Positions 1 to 13,547 of a stretch of 64,000 nt of DNA are shown in pieces. Origin of the DNA: Octopus vulgaris (Eukaryota); the NCBI GenBank assembly GCA_951406725.2, contig OX597814.1, positions 64,046,001 to 64,110,000 of the forward strand, read 5' to 3'. A program made the translations under genes and the position numbers. Under the pieces are notes generated by a model, which saw only the letters and a list, made by a program, of their open reading frames with translations, did not search any database and was not told the DNA's origin. Positions within the stretch are counted from its first letter, which is position 1; each line of letters opens with the position of its first letter.

Positions 1-405
1 TATGTCAGGTCACTTTCGAGTGCTACTGGTAACATTTAACCCAGTACAACATGTTGCATGGTCGGGCCATCGGCGACTAAACCGGCAACCCTGCCAAGCT
101 TGCTTGGTGCGGAGGGTGATTATTGGACGCCCTGCGAGATGAAAAGCAAAACCCGTCAAAGGGTGGAGGAACTCTTGAGAGTCAACGGCCATCCGATAAA
201 TATTTTTTCTTCTTTCTTAAAGCTTAAGGCAGTATCATGCGCGGGGACATAGAAATAATCGGACTGAATACCCGATCGCGCGGTTAAACCATTGGGAGTG
301 AAGGACTCCTAGCCTTTGTTAGGGCATCCTTCTAGGAGAAGGTAACTCAGGTAACTGGGATAACTCCGACATAAAACCTGCGGCTCAGTGGTTACCGATG
401 ATGTT
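1..405 (+). repeat. GC-richer interspersed repeat, possibly the 5' UTR of an RTE-type LINE or a derived SINE
   Basis: Composition differs from the flanks. The motif ttagggcatccttctaggagaaggtaactc resembles RTE-class 5' regions as recalled. Not verified. Confidence 0.3.
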
Positions 406-862
406 GACTTGTTCTTCTTTTCGGATTATGGCTGCTGTTGCTTCGTGAGTGGGATCGACTCAGTGCACAGCCTTTCCTCACTTTAAAAAAATCTTCTTGC
501 ACAGGCATTGCACGATAACAACATTGTTCATGATTGTTGATGGTGCTGTGAGTCTCAACTGAATGGCTGGCTGTAGCCTTAAAAAGCAAATAAAAGTCAC
601 ATTCGACCACAGCACCAATAACAGTTAAACTTCGTGCAATGGCCATACTCGATAACGAGGAGGCAGCCATCATATATACATACATTTGTTTTATTTTGTT
701 TTATTTTGTTTTGTGTATCTTGTATTATTGTATTAATGAATATATATATATATATGTGTGTGTGTGGTATTATGGTGTCTATGCACACGTTTTTATATTT
801 TACATTTTTATATTGATATGTATATGGGAAAAAAATTTTTTCACAATTATAATTTATTAAAT

Positions 863-973
863 TCTCTGAAGAGGCCGTGGGGCATCCTTGTTAATGTCTC
901 ATTTATACCTGCCTTATATGGCTTATAGGTTAAATGAGGCATGATTGCCCTTACTGCCGAAACAGCTGTCAGA
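863..973 (+). ncRNA. Type I hammerhead ribozyme with long stem II
   Basis: tct-CTGAAGA-ggc.gtggggca..atgtctcattta..taaatgaggcat..tgcccttac.gcc-GAAAC-agct-GTC-aga. Canonical core, palindromic loop III, GUC triplet. Confidence 0.85.
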
Positions 974-1239
974 TATGATATAATTACATATTATATTTTA
1001 TATTTTATATTTCTATTTCCTTGTCTAATTATATTTACAGTATATTTTGTATAATGCCTTTACTGTTATGTAATGGTGTAATAAAGTATTGATTGGGTAT
1101 CATCTGTTGGTTGATGTTTGATTGATTTAAGTATGTTTCTCCATTTTCTAATTTTGTATATATATATATATATATATATTTATATACATACACACACAAC
1201 ACGCACACATATACATATACATACATATGCTTTTTGTCT

Positions 1240-3386
1240 GTTTAACTCGTTCTCCTTTTCTCCTGGCCCCTCTCAACTTATGTTCCCTCTTGACATTAAA
1301 AGTTTGTATACAGTGATCCCATACAACGCGGACTTCTTGCGCTTAAACATTTCCTTGACCTTCAACCTGACACCTCCACACTACTTTGTCTGGCCGAACT
1401 TGTCCCCTCCCCCAATTATTTCTCGTTCGCGGATGAGTTTTACCTACATTTTTCGGTAGTGGCCATAGGAAAGAGAATGGCCCCCAGCTATGCGAACCTG
1501 TTCGTTGGCTATGATGAGGCCCAAATATTCTTACAATTCATTGGTCCCACTCCCGAGCTATACGGTCGTTATATCAATGACTGTATCGGCGCGACCTCTC
1601 TCTCGCGCGAACAACTGGATTCCTTCCACTCCCTTCTCCAATCCTTCCATCCTACACCTCGAATTCTCCTGCACTATCTCTAACTCATTCGTCGAATTTC
1701 TTGACATTTTTGTCAGCATACACCACTCCGCTTTCATTACCTCCATCCATTACAAACGCACTGACACACTCCATCCTTAACTTCTCCTCCCACCCTACCC
1801 ACACCAAGTTCTCCACCCGTTACTACCAATTCCTCCGTCTATGCAGGTTCTGCAGTGACGACCATGACTATGAGACTCAGTCTCAACTCTTGACTCACCA
1901 CTTCATCCTACGTGGATATCCCCTCATTATTATCCACATTGCCCTTGCCCAAACTTACTCGTCTCCCTTTTCCCCTCATCTACCACTCCCTCAACGTACC
2001 ATTCTCCGAGCCTTCCGGCGACTCCTGTCCGACCCCTCCACCTCGCACATATTCCCTTACCCACCCCTTCCTTCCTTCCTTGAAACGAGCCCATGACCTT
2101 CAAACAAATCTGCATGACCTCCTGGTCCACAGTTTCTTTCCTACCCCCGCCTCCCAACCTGGGTCCTTCCCTTGCTGCCACCCACGTTGTCGCTCCTGTC
2201 CTTACCTCTCCACCACCACCATCCTGCTAGGCAGCCATCACCATCCATATCACATCTCCGACTCCTTTATCTGCATCTCTAGTAATGTTATTTACCGCAT
2301 CTCCTGCTCTCTCTGTCCTTTCCTGTATATGGGTCAGACGGGACGCCATGTGGCTGATCGGTTCACGGAGCACCTCCGAGACATCAGACTTGGTAATGAC
2401 ACCACAGCCTCACACTACCTCCGCTCTACCAGTCATTCGCTACTGCATGTATCTGTGTTCATACTGTCTCTGCATAAAGGCCATTCCGACTCTCGCCTTC
2501 GCCGGGAACAGAATTAATCTTCTCTCTCTGCTACTTTGAAGGCACATGGGCTCAACTCACCTCCTCTCTTCATCTGACAGCAATCGTCACGGATTCGCAT
2601 ACAACTATCACATTCAACTGTCCCCTCCACCTACACATCTGCATACCGCCTACCTCACCACACACGCACGTGTATGCAAACACCCATAAACACTGTTCAA
2701 CTCATCACTCACTCCACACATCATTACGCACGCAGTCACAGCACTTTCCCACAAATTTTCACTACACCTTCTCACTCCACACACACTAGCACTGACCACT
2801 TCTTAGCACCCACACCACACACCATTATCTATACACTCACACACAATCTTCAATAGCCTCACCAAACATACCACTATACGAGCAGCCACACACTGTTTAA
2901 CTCAGTACGCACACCACACTCCCTTATACACACTCCCACACTCACACAAGCACATAATATCTGATCACTGGCAATATATACACCTACACCCACACAAGTA
3001 CATCATACTTGAACACAGACAATATATACACATACATACAACACGCATAAACACACGCAGCACGCAAAAACATACACTATACACATGCACACTATTTGTT
3101 CACATCACAAGCACGTATGCATAGGTGCACTTGAAAACACACATCAACTGTTACACGTAACATACGCACATACACGTTACCCACGAAAACGCACACACAC
3201 AAACACACACACACAACTCAGGCTTACTCGCCCGAATTTACACATACACGCTCACACACACCATTCTCACATACACATACATGCTCACGCACCTGAGTTC
3301 GTTGGGGTCACCATTATCATATCCTTTTCATTCAGCCTTTTCTTTCCTAGTGATCCCGCCATGTTAGACCGCTGAACCCTACTCAG

Positions 3387-3390
<4 letters not shown>
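1240..3390 (+). mobile_element. Degenerate Penelope-like element (Neptune-type), 5'-truncated
   Basis: Frameshifted RT (DIKSLYT, AIGKRMAPSYANLFV, RYIND), CCHPRCRSC linker and VIY..YMGQTGR GIY-YIG domain, then a CA-rich tail and the start of a pLTR cut by (CT)n. Confidence 0.9.
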
Positions 3391-3438
<48 letters not shown>

Positions 3439-3554
3439 ACTACTACTACTACTACACCTGCTTGTTGTTCATATACCAGTCTCCGGCTTTTGTTTTTTTA
3501 TAGATTTGTACTATACATATATATATTATGTAAGTGTGTGTATGTATAATACAT

Positions 3555-3644
<90 letters not shown>

Positions 3645-3745
3645 TTATAGATACAAATGAATATCGTCCTTAAGTTGAAGCACCAATACAATTTCAAGAT
3701 AAGGTGATTAAAATCAAAATAAGCAACAAGGATATCCAGAGTTAA

Positions 3746-3832
3746 TGCAGTACGATCGTTTCATGGAACTCCATTTAATTGAACAATGCAATCATTACAT
3801 CAATTTAAAATGTAGAGCAATCTTCAGCTGCA
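3746..3832 (-). ncRNA. Type I hammerhead ribozyme with long stem II
   Basis: Minus strand: tgcag-CTGAAGA-[imperfect hairpin]-GAAAC-gatc-GTA-ctgca. Perfect 5-bp stem I and palindromic loop III. Confidence 0.85.
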
Positions 3833-3990
3833 CAAAGACAACATAGAATTTAAAATAGAACAGATGGACGCATTAGTATAATTATACCTAAAATCTCCAA
3901 GAAGTTAAGGATATAGACAAAGAACATGTGCCTACAACAGCATAGCAGTAACTCTCTCTCTTTCTTTCTCTCTCCCCTCTCTCTCTCTCA

Positions 3991-4030
<40 letters not shown>

Positions 4031-4623
4031 GCATTCAGAAGCACATACATGTTTGTGTGTAATGTTAGTACCAATTGATCAGTGTTCTAGAGTAGTTGTT
4101 GAACATGTTATAATAGTTTACGATGCATGATTTTATTGGTATTTGTACAAAGAACTGGTATTAAACGAAGCAAATATATGTACAAGACACCTTTCAAGTA
4201 CTATAATATAAAACACCACGAGGTTCAGTATATTAGTATATTTTAGATTTTGTATACGAAGTTCTGCTTCCAAAATCTCGGAATCTATTTTCCTCTTCAT
4301 TTTTTACCTTATGTGTGTGTGCTGTGTGTGCATGTGTGTGTGTGTGTGTGGATAGTAGGTGTCTCTGAGTAAGTATCATGTTATGTTTCATATCCTGACT
4401 TCAGAACAATCAATATTCTTTCTTAAACATTGAAGTGGTGAGATCATCAGGCAAATTCCAACGTTCGGCGGGTACTTTGGTTTTAGATCATTTAGTTCAC
4501 TAAAACAACTTTAGTGAACTAAATTATCTACATCCAGAAGTACAATCTGATTCACTCAATAGTTCCAGTTGTAGCTACGGCACTGTACATCTAACTAAAT
4601 TAAGACTTCATTATACATTGTAG

Positions 4624-4745
4624 GTGGCAACTGCACGGATCATTTTACACCACAGCAGGTTGCCCGAATGCATTGCTATCTGGACCTTGTTTACCAACCT
4701 TGGCTTACTACAATGAAACCGTCACCCGTGCCTTTAGTTCCAAAG
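4624..4745 (+). CDS. PAPPA: Pappalysin-like exon (end of M43 protease domain)
   Basis: tgtag|...|gtaaga. Translates [41 protein letters not shown], matching human [30 protein letters not shown] (recalled). Phase 1 to 0. Confidence 0.95.
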
Positions 4746-4907
4746 GTAAGATACTTTTAATCACACGCATACACGCGGATAAACAAACGCACGGGTGCAT
4801 ATACACGCACATACTCATATATGCATTTATACATATATGCATTTGTATACATTTATATACATACACATACATACATACATACATACATACATACATACAT
4901 ACATACA

Positions 4908-7273
4908 TCCAGAGCCTCTACACTGTGATCCCTCACCACGAGGGGCTGCGAGCACTTAAACACTTCCTGGACCTCCGACCCAATCCCCAACCCGACACCT
5001 CCACACTCGTTCGTCTGGCCGAACTTGTCCTCTAACTCAATTGCTTCTCGTTCGCGGGCGAGTTCTATCAGAAGGACTCGGCAGTGGCCATGGGAACGAG
5101 AATGGGCCCCAACTATGCGAACCTGTTCGTTGGCTATGTTGAGACCCAAATATTCTCTAGTTTCACTGGTCTCGCTCCCAAACTATATGGCCGTTATATT
5201 GACGACTGTATCGGTGCCACCTCACTCTCCCGCGAACATCTAGAATGCTTCCTCTCTTTCGTCAAATCTTTCCATCCTGCCCTCCACTTCTCCTGCACTA
5301 TCTCTAACACCTCTGTCTCCTTTCTTGACTACAAACACTACAAACATCCACTACAAACACACAGACTCACACTCATACCTAAACTTTCCTCCTCCCACCC
5401 CAAACACACCAAGCTTTCCATATCCTATTCCCAATTCCTCCGTCTACGCAGGCTCTGTAGTGACGACCATGACTTTGAGACTCAGTCTCAACTCATAGCT
5501 CGCCACTTCATCCTATGTGGATATCCCCTCACCGCCCTTGCCAGAGCACGTTCCGTGGACCGTGCAACTGCTCTCTTTCCCCGAACCTGCCCTGCAGTCT
5601 CCCGCCTCCATTTACCCCTCACCTACCACCCCACCATTCTACCTCTCCAACGCACCATTCTCCGATCTTTCTGGCATCTCCAGTCCGACCCGTCCACTTC
5701 ACTCATCTTCCCTAACCGACTCCTCTCCTCCTTCAAACGAGCCTACAATCTACGATACCTCTTGGTCCACAGCTTCTTCCCCAACCCTACCTCCCAACCT
5801 GTCTCGTTATCCTGCTCCCGTCCACACTGCCGCACTTGCCCTTACCTCTTCAACACTATCCTCCTCACCGGCACCCATCATCGACCCTATCGCATCATCA
5901 ATTATTTCACCTGCACCTCCAGCAATATCATCTGTTGCATCTCCTGCTCTCTCTGCCATTCCCTGTACATCGGACAAACGGGACGCCACTTGGCTGACCG
6001 GTTCGCGGAACACCTCCAAGACAACCGCCTCAGCAATGACACCCCAGTCTCACACCATTTCCCCTCCACCGGTCACTCCTTGCAACACCTGTCTGTGTTC
6101 GGATTGTCCTTACACAGAGGCCATCCAGACTCCCGTTTGCGCCGTAAACAGGGATTAATCTTCTCTCTTCGCTCTTTTACGCCATTTGGTCTCAGCTCTG
6201 CTCCCTTCTGCATCTAACCTCCTCCCCAACTCCTACATCTTTTCCCCCTACTCTCTTTCCCTCTTCTCCCTTACTCTCTTTCTCTCTTCTCTCTTTCTCT
6301 CTGCTCCCTCACTCATCTTCTCTCCTCTCTCCCCCTCCCTCTTCCTTCTTCCCACGCAACTCTCCTCTCTTGCCCCAAATCCTACTTCTCTTCACTCCTA
6401 CTTCTCTCCACTGCTACTTCCCTTCACCCCTACTCTCTTTACCTCTTCTCTCTTACTCTCTTTCTCTATTCTCTCCTACTCTCTTTCTCTCCCCTCCTTC
6501 CCTTTTCCCTCTTACTCTCTTCCTCTCTTATTCTCTTTCTCTCCTCTCTCTCCTCTCTTATTCTCTTTCTCTCTTCTCTCCTACTCTTTCACCCTCTCTT
6601 TCTCTCTTCTCTCCTCTTCTCTCTCCTCACATACCCACCTTCCTCTCCCCCCATAAACCCACCCACCCCTACACATCCCTACTCCACCGTCCCTATCCTC
6701 CCCATCCCCATCCTATCCCCGCCCCTCCCCCACATACCTCACCTCTACCCCCACTCTCTGCCTACCCACAAACCCCAACTCTACCCAAACCCCTAGCCGA
6801 ACACACACCTCACCCGTGCTTTCCCCACTCTCGCCTCCCCCACCTCCCAACAACATCACAACACACCACCCACACACCCATCCCCACGTCTTCTCACCTA
6901 CACGTACATACACGCACACGTCCAGACCACCAGCCCTCTTTCACACGCACATACATACTCTCTTATACACACACGCACCTTTGTGTTGGGGGGTCATCTT
7001 TAACTTGTAATCTCCCCTACTTGTAATCTCTCCTACTTTCCTTCCTGTGTTTGACCCTTCTGCCCGGCACTAGTCGCCATGATAGATCGTTAGCCACAAC
7101 AAACATTTTTTTCTCTCCTTGTTTCTCTCCTTGTTTTTTCTGTGTCCCTTTCTGTAGAAGAGCGTAGCCTCGAAACGTAAAAGACCTTTTCTATTCCTGA
7201 GCGTTATACTAATACATCTGTTTGTTTTGTACACCACCTGTCTTCGTCTTTTGTTTTTTTCGTAAACTCTCCC
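4908..7273 (+). mobile_element. Penelope-like element (Neptune-type), 5'-truncated, with pLTR
   Basis: IQSLYT, AMGTRMGPNYANLFV, RYIDDC (RT); CSRPHCRTC linker; YIGQTGR..RFAEH (GIY-YIG); pyrimidine-rich 3' region; HHR-bearing terminal segment. Lies between (TACA)n and (TA)n. Confidence 0.95.
7148..7183 (+). ncRNA. Minimal HHR-like motif in PLE pLTR (CUGU core variant)
   Basis: cttt-CTGTAGA-a-gag.cgtagc.ctc-GAAAC-GTA-aaag. ACGT palindromic stem III, as in PLE minimal HHRs. Confidence 0.7.
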
Positions 7274-7293
7274 TATATATATATTAGAATATA

Positions 7294-7384
7294 CGCCCCA
7301 GAGGGACTCGAATCCGCGACCCTCAGATAACATTTATGGTTAACCTATAAAAGTCGGATGCTCTACCGACTGAGCTATGCGTGC
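7294..7384 (-). tRNA. Intron-containing tRNA-Lys(TTT)-like gene, probably a pseudogene
   Basis: Minus strand: GCACGCATAGCTCAGTCGGTAGAGCATCCGACTTTTA-[19 nt]-ATCTGAGGGTCGCGGATTCGAGTCCCTCTGGGGCG. Closely follows eukaryotic tRNA-Lys(UUU), but stems contain mismatches. Confidence 0.75.
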
Positions 7385-7432
7385 ATAGCCCAGTCGGTAG
7401 AGCATCAAACGTTTCTAAGTTGACTTTAGTAT

Positions 7433-7531
7433 GCGCGCATAGCTCATAGCTCAGTCGGTAGAGCATCAGATTTTTATAGGTTGACCTTAGAGGTTATCTG
7501 AGGGTCACGGGTTCGAGTCCATCTGTGGGCG
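7433..7531 (+). tRNA. Intron-containing tRNA-Lys(TTT)-like gene, probably a pseudogene
   Basis: GCGCGCATAGCT(CATAGCT)CAGTCGGTAGAGCATCAGATTTTTA-[taggttgaccttagaggtt]-ATCTGAGGGTCACGGGTTCGAGTCCATCTGTGGGCG. Has a 7-nt internal duplication. Confidence 0.75.
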
Positions 7532-7576
7532 TTTATTCGTTTATATCTGTGTATGTGAGTGTGTGTGTGTGTGTGT

Positions 7577-7900
7577 GAAGGCACGTGGCTTAGTGATTAA
7601 GATATTCGGCTCATGATCATAAGATCGTGAGTTCAATTCCCGACGACGTGTTGTATTCTAAGGCAAGACACTTTATTTCATGTTGCTCCAGTTCATTCAG
7701 CTGGCAAAAATGTGTAGTACCTGTATTTCAAAGAGCCAGTCTGGTCACATTCTGTGTCACGCTGAATCTCCTTGAGAACTACATTAAGTGTACGCGTGTC
7801 TGTGGAGTGCTCAGCCACTTGCACGTTAATTTCACAAGCATGCTGTTTCGTTGCTCGGATCAACTAGAATTCTCGCCATCGTAACCGACAGAGTGCCAGT
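7577..7900 (+). mobile_element. tRNA-derived SINE (family A)
   Basis: A box TGGCTTAGTG and B box GTTCAATTCC. Body is colinear with the copy at 42998-43306. Confidence 0.85.
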
Positions 7901-9679
7901 TACATGCATGCATTTATATATATTTGTGTGTGTGCGTGTGTGTGTGTGTGTGCACTTAGGGGCAGTTGTTTTTCCACTAAACACATGCACTCTTTATTTG
8001 ATCTTCAATCTAACTTTATTGTTATTATTAGTTTATTGGTAGGAAATCTTTCGGCACACATTCTGGTCTTTCTGTGAAAAGACGAGATGGAAAAGAAAGG
8101 ACAAGATCAGAGAGAAAAAGAGACAACAAAAACAGATAGTTTTTGCAGACATTACTGAATGTGTAACGAAGGAACTCTAACAAATAAACCAATAATAATA
8201 ATAAAAATAAAGGAAAAATCAAACAAATTGTGCGTGTGTTTATTGGCGAAATGACCTTACTGAAATATAACACTATCTGTTTCAAAACACGATTGCACAT
8301 GAAGAATCTTGCAAAACAACTACATAAACATCCAATGATTTTCAAAAGCTTTCTGAGATAGAGGGACCTGGATTTATGTTATATTAGATTCTGACCGTCG
8401 TTTGAAAACTCACATATTAGAATGTGTAACTAATTGCATTTTCATTAGTTGAAGTGTGTCACGATGTCAGTCTTAGAATTTGGGTTAGTAGTCCATGATG
8501 CAAGCGTATTAGGGTTGTGCGACTGTATGAAGGATAAATATGCCAAAATTACGGTGGTATTTGTCTGGTGCACGTGTTATGTGACAGTATGCAACGGGTT
8601 GTCAGAAAAACTAAAAATGGAGAAATAATTTGCTTGCTTGTATGCGAGACAGAGCAAGCAATATATTTGTATGTACATACGCATGTATAATGTCGTCTGT
8701 GTTTGCTTATGAAATTTGGAATAACATTAGCGTAAAGTCTTGGTGATGTAATTGTTAGTGAACATTCGATATATTGTTGTAGAGTAGTCCGTTGTATTTT
8801 TTTTATTTTCAATAAGTATGTTTTGTTTATTATTATTCCATATTCCATGTGTGAATTTGTCAAACCAAAGGTAAAGTGAGAAGACTTGAACTTTTTGAGA
8901 TTTGCTTGTTGCAAACAAATCTAAGCTGAATCTGTTTATTTTGTTCCTCATATTTTGTTCCTGATGAATTGTAACTTTATTTCTCACGATAAGTTTTGAT
9001 TAACTTTTGTTATGTGCAGTATATATCTATATCCAGTATATATTTATTTTATAATATAAATTTCTGGACGAAAAGGAAAAGTTGAAAATATTTATAGTGA
9101 AAATATGCTAGATTTAAATTTAGAGCGATGTGTTCAGGTTTCGCATTCCAGATGAAATCACATGTTGACTATTGATGTGTTTTTAGCGTGTAATTTGGTT
9201 CTGGTGACGTAGCCAAGTTATTAGAACGATGGATAGGTAATCCTGCGGTATTGTTTCCTGGTCCACTTCACTCGGAGTTGCTATAACTCCAAGGTCAATA
9301 TAACCATTTTCCCTTTTGGGATCAATAAAGAGTCATTCCCGTATTAGAGTCGATTACACCCCCCTCTTATTTTCTCTCTTCTCTCTCTCACTCTTCTCTC
9401 TCTCATCACTCTCCTCTTTCTCTCGCCTCTTTTTCTCTTTCTTTCGTTATGTTCCCCTCCTTATGGGAAGTACCAGCTGTAGTTGCACCACAAAAAGAAT
9501 GAGCTGTACCAGGTCTAATCCTACTCAAGAAACGGCGTACGGTTCCCTGGCGACTACATTAGGAAATGTGGGTCCAGTACATACGCATTCAAATAAGATA
9601 TATCTATATATTATGCATATTTGTGTGTCTATGAATATGTATGTAACTGTGCAGTTATGTTTCTACACACACACACACA

Positions 9680-9717
<38 letters not shown>

Positions 9718-10676
9718 ACACACGTACGTACATATGTGTGTATGACATTATTCAGTTTTGTTTCAGATTTCTTACCCATAGAGAAAGAGCCGGTTTCTAA
9801 CCTAGATCCAAGGCTCCTTCATTGGAATTTTAACATCAACAACATGCTAATTCTGTATGTACATTTGTATGTATATGTGCAGATTTGTATGTTTTGCTTA
9901 ATTATGTCTTCTCATGCATATACTTGCATATCTAGACATGTTCATATATACTTAAATGATAAACTTATGTATGTATGTATGTATGTATTCATCCATGAAA
10001 TTATGCATGTATGTATACGTGCAAAAGCCTGCATAGTTTCGGATGGAAAATACAACCATCACTGTTGTTACGGTATCCATGTTTCCTTTCTTATTGTATA
10101 TGTTATAGTACGATTTGAATGAGATTCCTCTGCGACGAACAATTTTATTAACCGTGAAAATTTTCCCCTCATTCGTTAGATTTGCATATATTTAACTTCT
10201 GAACTACAACCTATTTATGTAGTGTATATACACATGCACGCACGTACACATATGCACAAGCATATACCTACACACATACGTTCGCGCATGCATACATACA
10301 TATAAATATATTCACAACGTATAAATTCTGATGCATAAAAATGCTATTATACTTGCATGCATGTTTGCGTGCATATATACATATGTGCTTGCAATATATA
10401 TACATGTGTGCATGCATATATACATATATGCATGCATGTATGCATGCATATATACATATATGCTTGCATACATGCATACACGCATGCATATGTCTGTATG
10501 TATTTAGGAAAAATAAACATACACATCTCTCCTCTGTATACATGTGTGTATATGCGTGTGTGTGTATGAGTATGTATGTCTGCGTATTTGTATTTGAGTG
10601 TGCATCTGTGTGGACGTATGTGTAAATGCATATATCACTTTGTATGTATGTGTGTGATTGTGTTTGTGTGTAGTGA

Positions 10677-11430
10677 CGGATAAATAAATAAATAAATAAA
10701 TAAATAGATAGATAGATAGATAGATACATACATACATACATACATGCATACATACACACATACATAGATACCAATATAGACAAAAAGACTGAGGTAGAGA
10801 GAGGAGAGGAAGCAGGAGATGGAGAGAGCGGGAGTGAGGTACAAAATGTGCGTGTATGTGTGTGTTTATATTGTCTGTAATTAAATACTTCCCCCAACTC
10901 TGGATTCATTTCCCATTCATACAAATCTAGTTCTTACTACAAAGTGACGTGTTGCTGCTGCTCCAACTCCTGTTACGGGCTTCGCTAGTTATCATTATCA
11001 TCATCATCATTAACATCATCATCATCATCATCATCATCATCACCATCGTCATCGTCATCGTCGTCGTCATCATCATCATCATCATCATTTCTACAACAAA
11101 TACTATCATTTTTAATATTATTTTAATAGTAGTAGCATTGTTATGGCTAATAGTTTTGGTTTTATTTATTGTTCGTGTTGTTGTTGTTGTTGTTGTTGTT
11201 ATCTTCCCAGACGAACAAGCAATATTTAAGAGGAAGTGGGTTACCAACAATGACTCATACTGCGGTTGGTTGTTGGCACGCGATTCGGTTTTGGTTCCAT
11301 TGTGGTAGTTTGTTATTATTGTGGTAATTTTAGTAGTTGTTCTTTGCATAGGTGTCTTTTTGTTGTTGCTGTTGTTGCTGTTATTGTTACTGCTGTTACT
11401 GCTGCTGCTGCTGCTGCTGCAGCTGCTACT
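10677..11430. repeat. Compound microsatellites (TAAA)(TAGA)(TACA), (ATC)n, (GTT)n, (GCT)n
   Basis: Directly visible. Representative of dozens of (TA)n/(CA)n/(TACA)n/(TAGA)n tracts in the window. Confidence 0.95.
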
Positions 11431-12987
11431 GATATTATTTTATGCATGCGTTTATTTTTCCCGCCACTGAAATATTTACTTACATGAACAAGTCAGGAAA
11501 ACATTGATAAACAATACTTATGATGATTTCGAATACACAGCCAAATTTATAAATTCGGGGTTAGGGAAGATGATGTAAATATACCCCCAATACTTGACCC
11601 CGGAAGAATGAAATATAAAGTAGATGCCAGCGGGATCTGAAGTCAGAATGTAAAGATATATAACTAACTACTACTAGGTATTTTATACGTTACTCAACCG
11701 ATTCTGTTAATGTAACCATTTTGCGCTTTAAACACAGACATAGGTGTTTGGTTAAAGAAGTTGCTTTTCATTCAATAAGTCAAATTTGATCCCTCTATGT
11801 AGGGGCTTGTAAAACTGGCCTTACAATAGTCTAGTGTCTACATGCGCCTTGTGAATGAAATTGGAAGCTTGTCACACGTATTGTAACAATAATTTCATGG
11901 TGTGGGCTTGCCAAATATTTTGTCACTGGGAATTGTATAATGCTACAGGTTTCTGCCTAATATTTAGCCAGTTACATGTAATTCATCGGATGTTTAGTAG
12001 ATAGAACAGTTGAATGATCATTCTCGACAAAGTTTCAATCGCAAGGAATGTAACTTAAGAAAAAAAAACTATAACCAGCAATATTTATATACACTCATTC
12101 ATATTCATAATTCAAACTCAAATGCTACTGTACTCCACGTGGCCGAGATGTACGAAAACAAACTTATCTTCGTTCCCAAATTGAGTTCATTGTCCACTGC
12201 CCATTGATTTCTGATTATTTTATGTTCATCTTTTTTTTATGTCTTTTAATCTTAGAGAAAGAAAATCAGCGGAGACCGCCAAGAATGGCGATGGTGAGAA
12301 AGAAATAAATCACGACTTTTGTCTAGAAGTATTAGAGAAAGATTGGGTCGTATCGCGTCTATGATAGAAGACATATGTGCGAGTGCACTGGTAGGAAACC
12401 CGAAAGCATATGATTGTGGTTTGAACTTCTTAAACGTGCAGCCATGTCTTCTTACCTTCCGTTATGGTGTGTGAGTCCACTCTATCTGAGGTATGGGGTT
12501 GTGAAGATCTCGTTATGTTTGTGTAGCAAGTTACGATGGAAATGTTTCTTCTGTTTAGTAGCTATCGAAAAGTGTATATTGGAAGGACAAAGACCTTAGG
12601 ACAGCATACTTTTTTCTTCTCTGACTTAATCCTCATTATCTTCTTTGATTTCATCATCCATCTGAAGTGAAAAGGAAGATAGAAAAGGAGGTGCTGCCCC
12701 ACAGCAACTTATATGAAAAGTGGATTAATGTGGCAGACATGAATGACAGAAATAACTTTTTGTCTTTACGGTGATTATGGCGGTGAGATGTGATATGCTT
12801 TGCGAATAAAGATGGTTGATGGTTTGGATTACCTTATGTGCCTACCACCTTTCCTAAATTTGGTACCTGTTAACTATAGGAATCGGAATTATTTCGTTTG
12901 CATTGGTAGTATTTTAACAAATGTGTGATATCGATATTGTCCACTTGTAGAAAGATTTTAATGTTTGCTCGCATGATTTTAATTATG

Positions 12988-13093
12988 TGCATTTAATTAA
13001 ATTTATAAAGGTACAGAAACATAATTATTAGAATAATATTTGCGTTTAATTAAATTTACAAAGGTACAGAAACATAATTATTAAAATAGTTTC
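12988..13093. repeat. 53-bp tandem duplication
   Basis: tgc(a/g)tttaattaaattta(t/c)aaaggtacagaaacataattatta occurs twice, 53 bp apart. Confidence 0.85.
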
Positions 13094-13547
13094 TATTAGA
13101 TAACGGTCCCAGAATTTCTAACTAATATACATAACATATTAACTGTTAGGAATCTGATTGTATGGCCATGATCTTTGACACCTCTTTTGTTCTAATGTTC
13201 TCGAATTGTGGATTTCAATTCAAAGAAGCTAAATATTGTGAAATAAAAATATCTGAAGAAATTTGCTAATATTATTGGCAAGAATATGTTGCAAACATCA
13301 CCCAAAATCCTGTGTTTGGTGACGTACCAATAATGTTCTACAAAATACACTTGAACGCAACCGTAGAGTTCAAAAGTGCACGCTGTATAACAGCAATGTT
13401 TATTGAATGTTAAGGTAGTTTTCCTTGCACATGTAATCTCCTCGGTTATATTTTTCCAACGCACACACAGTCACACACATACACACCTATATGTGTCTGC
13501 GCATGCGCGTATATGTGTGTCCACTCACACACCTCATATATATATAT

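Noticed and set aside
6186-7026. Long Leu/Ser/Pro-rich ORFs after the PLE endonuclease
   Set aside because: Pyrimidine-rich 3' region of the PLE, where stop codons are scarce for compositional reasons.
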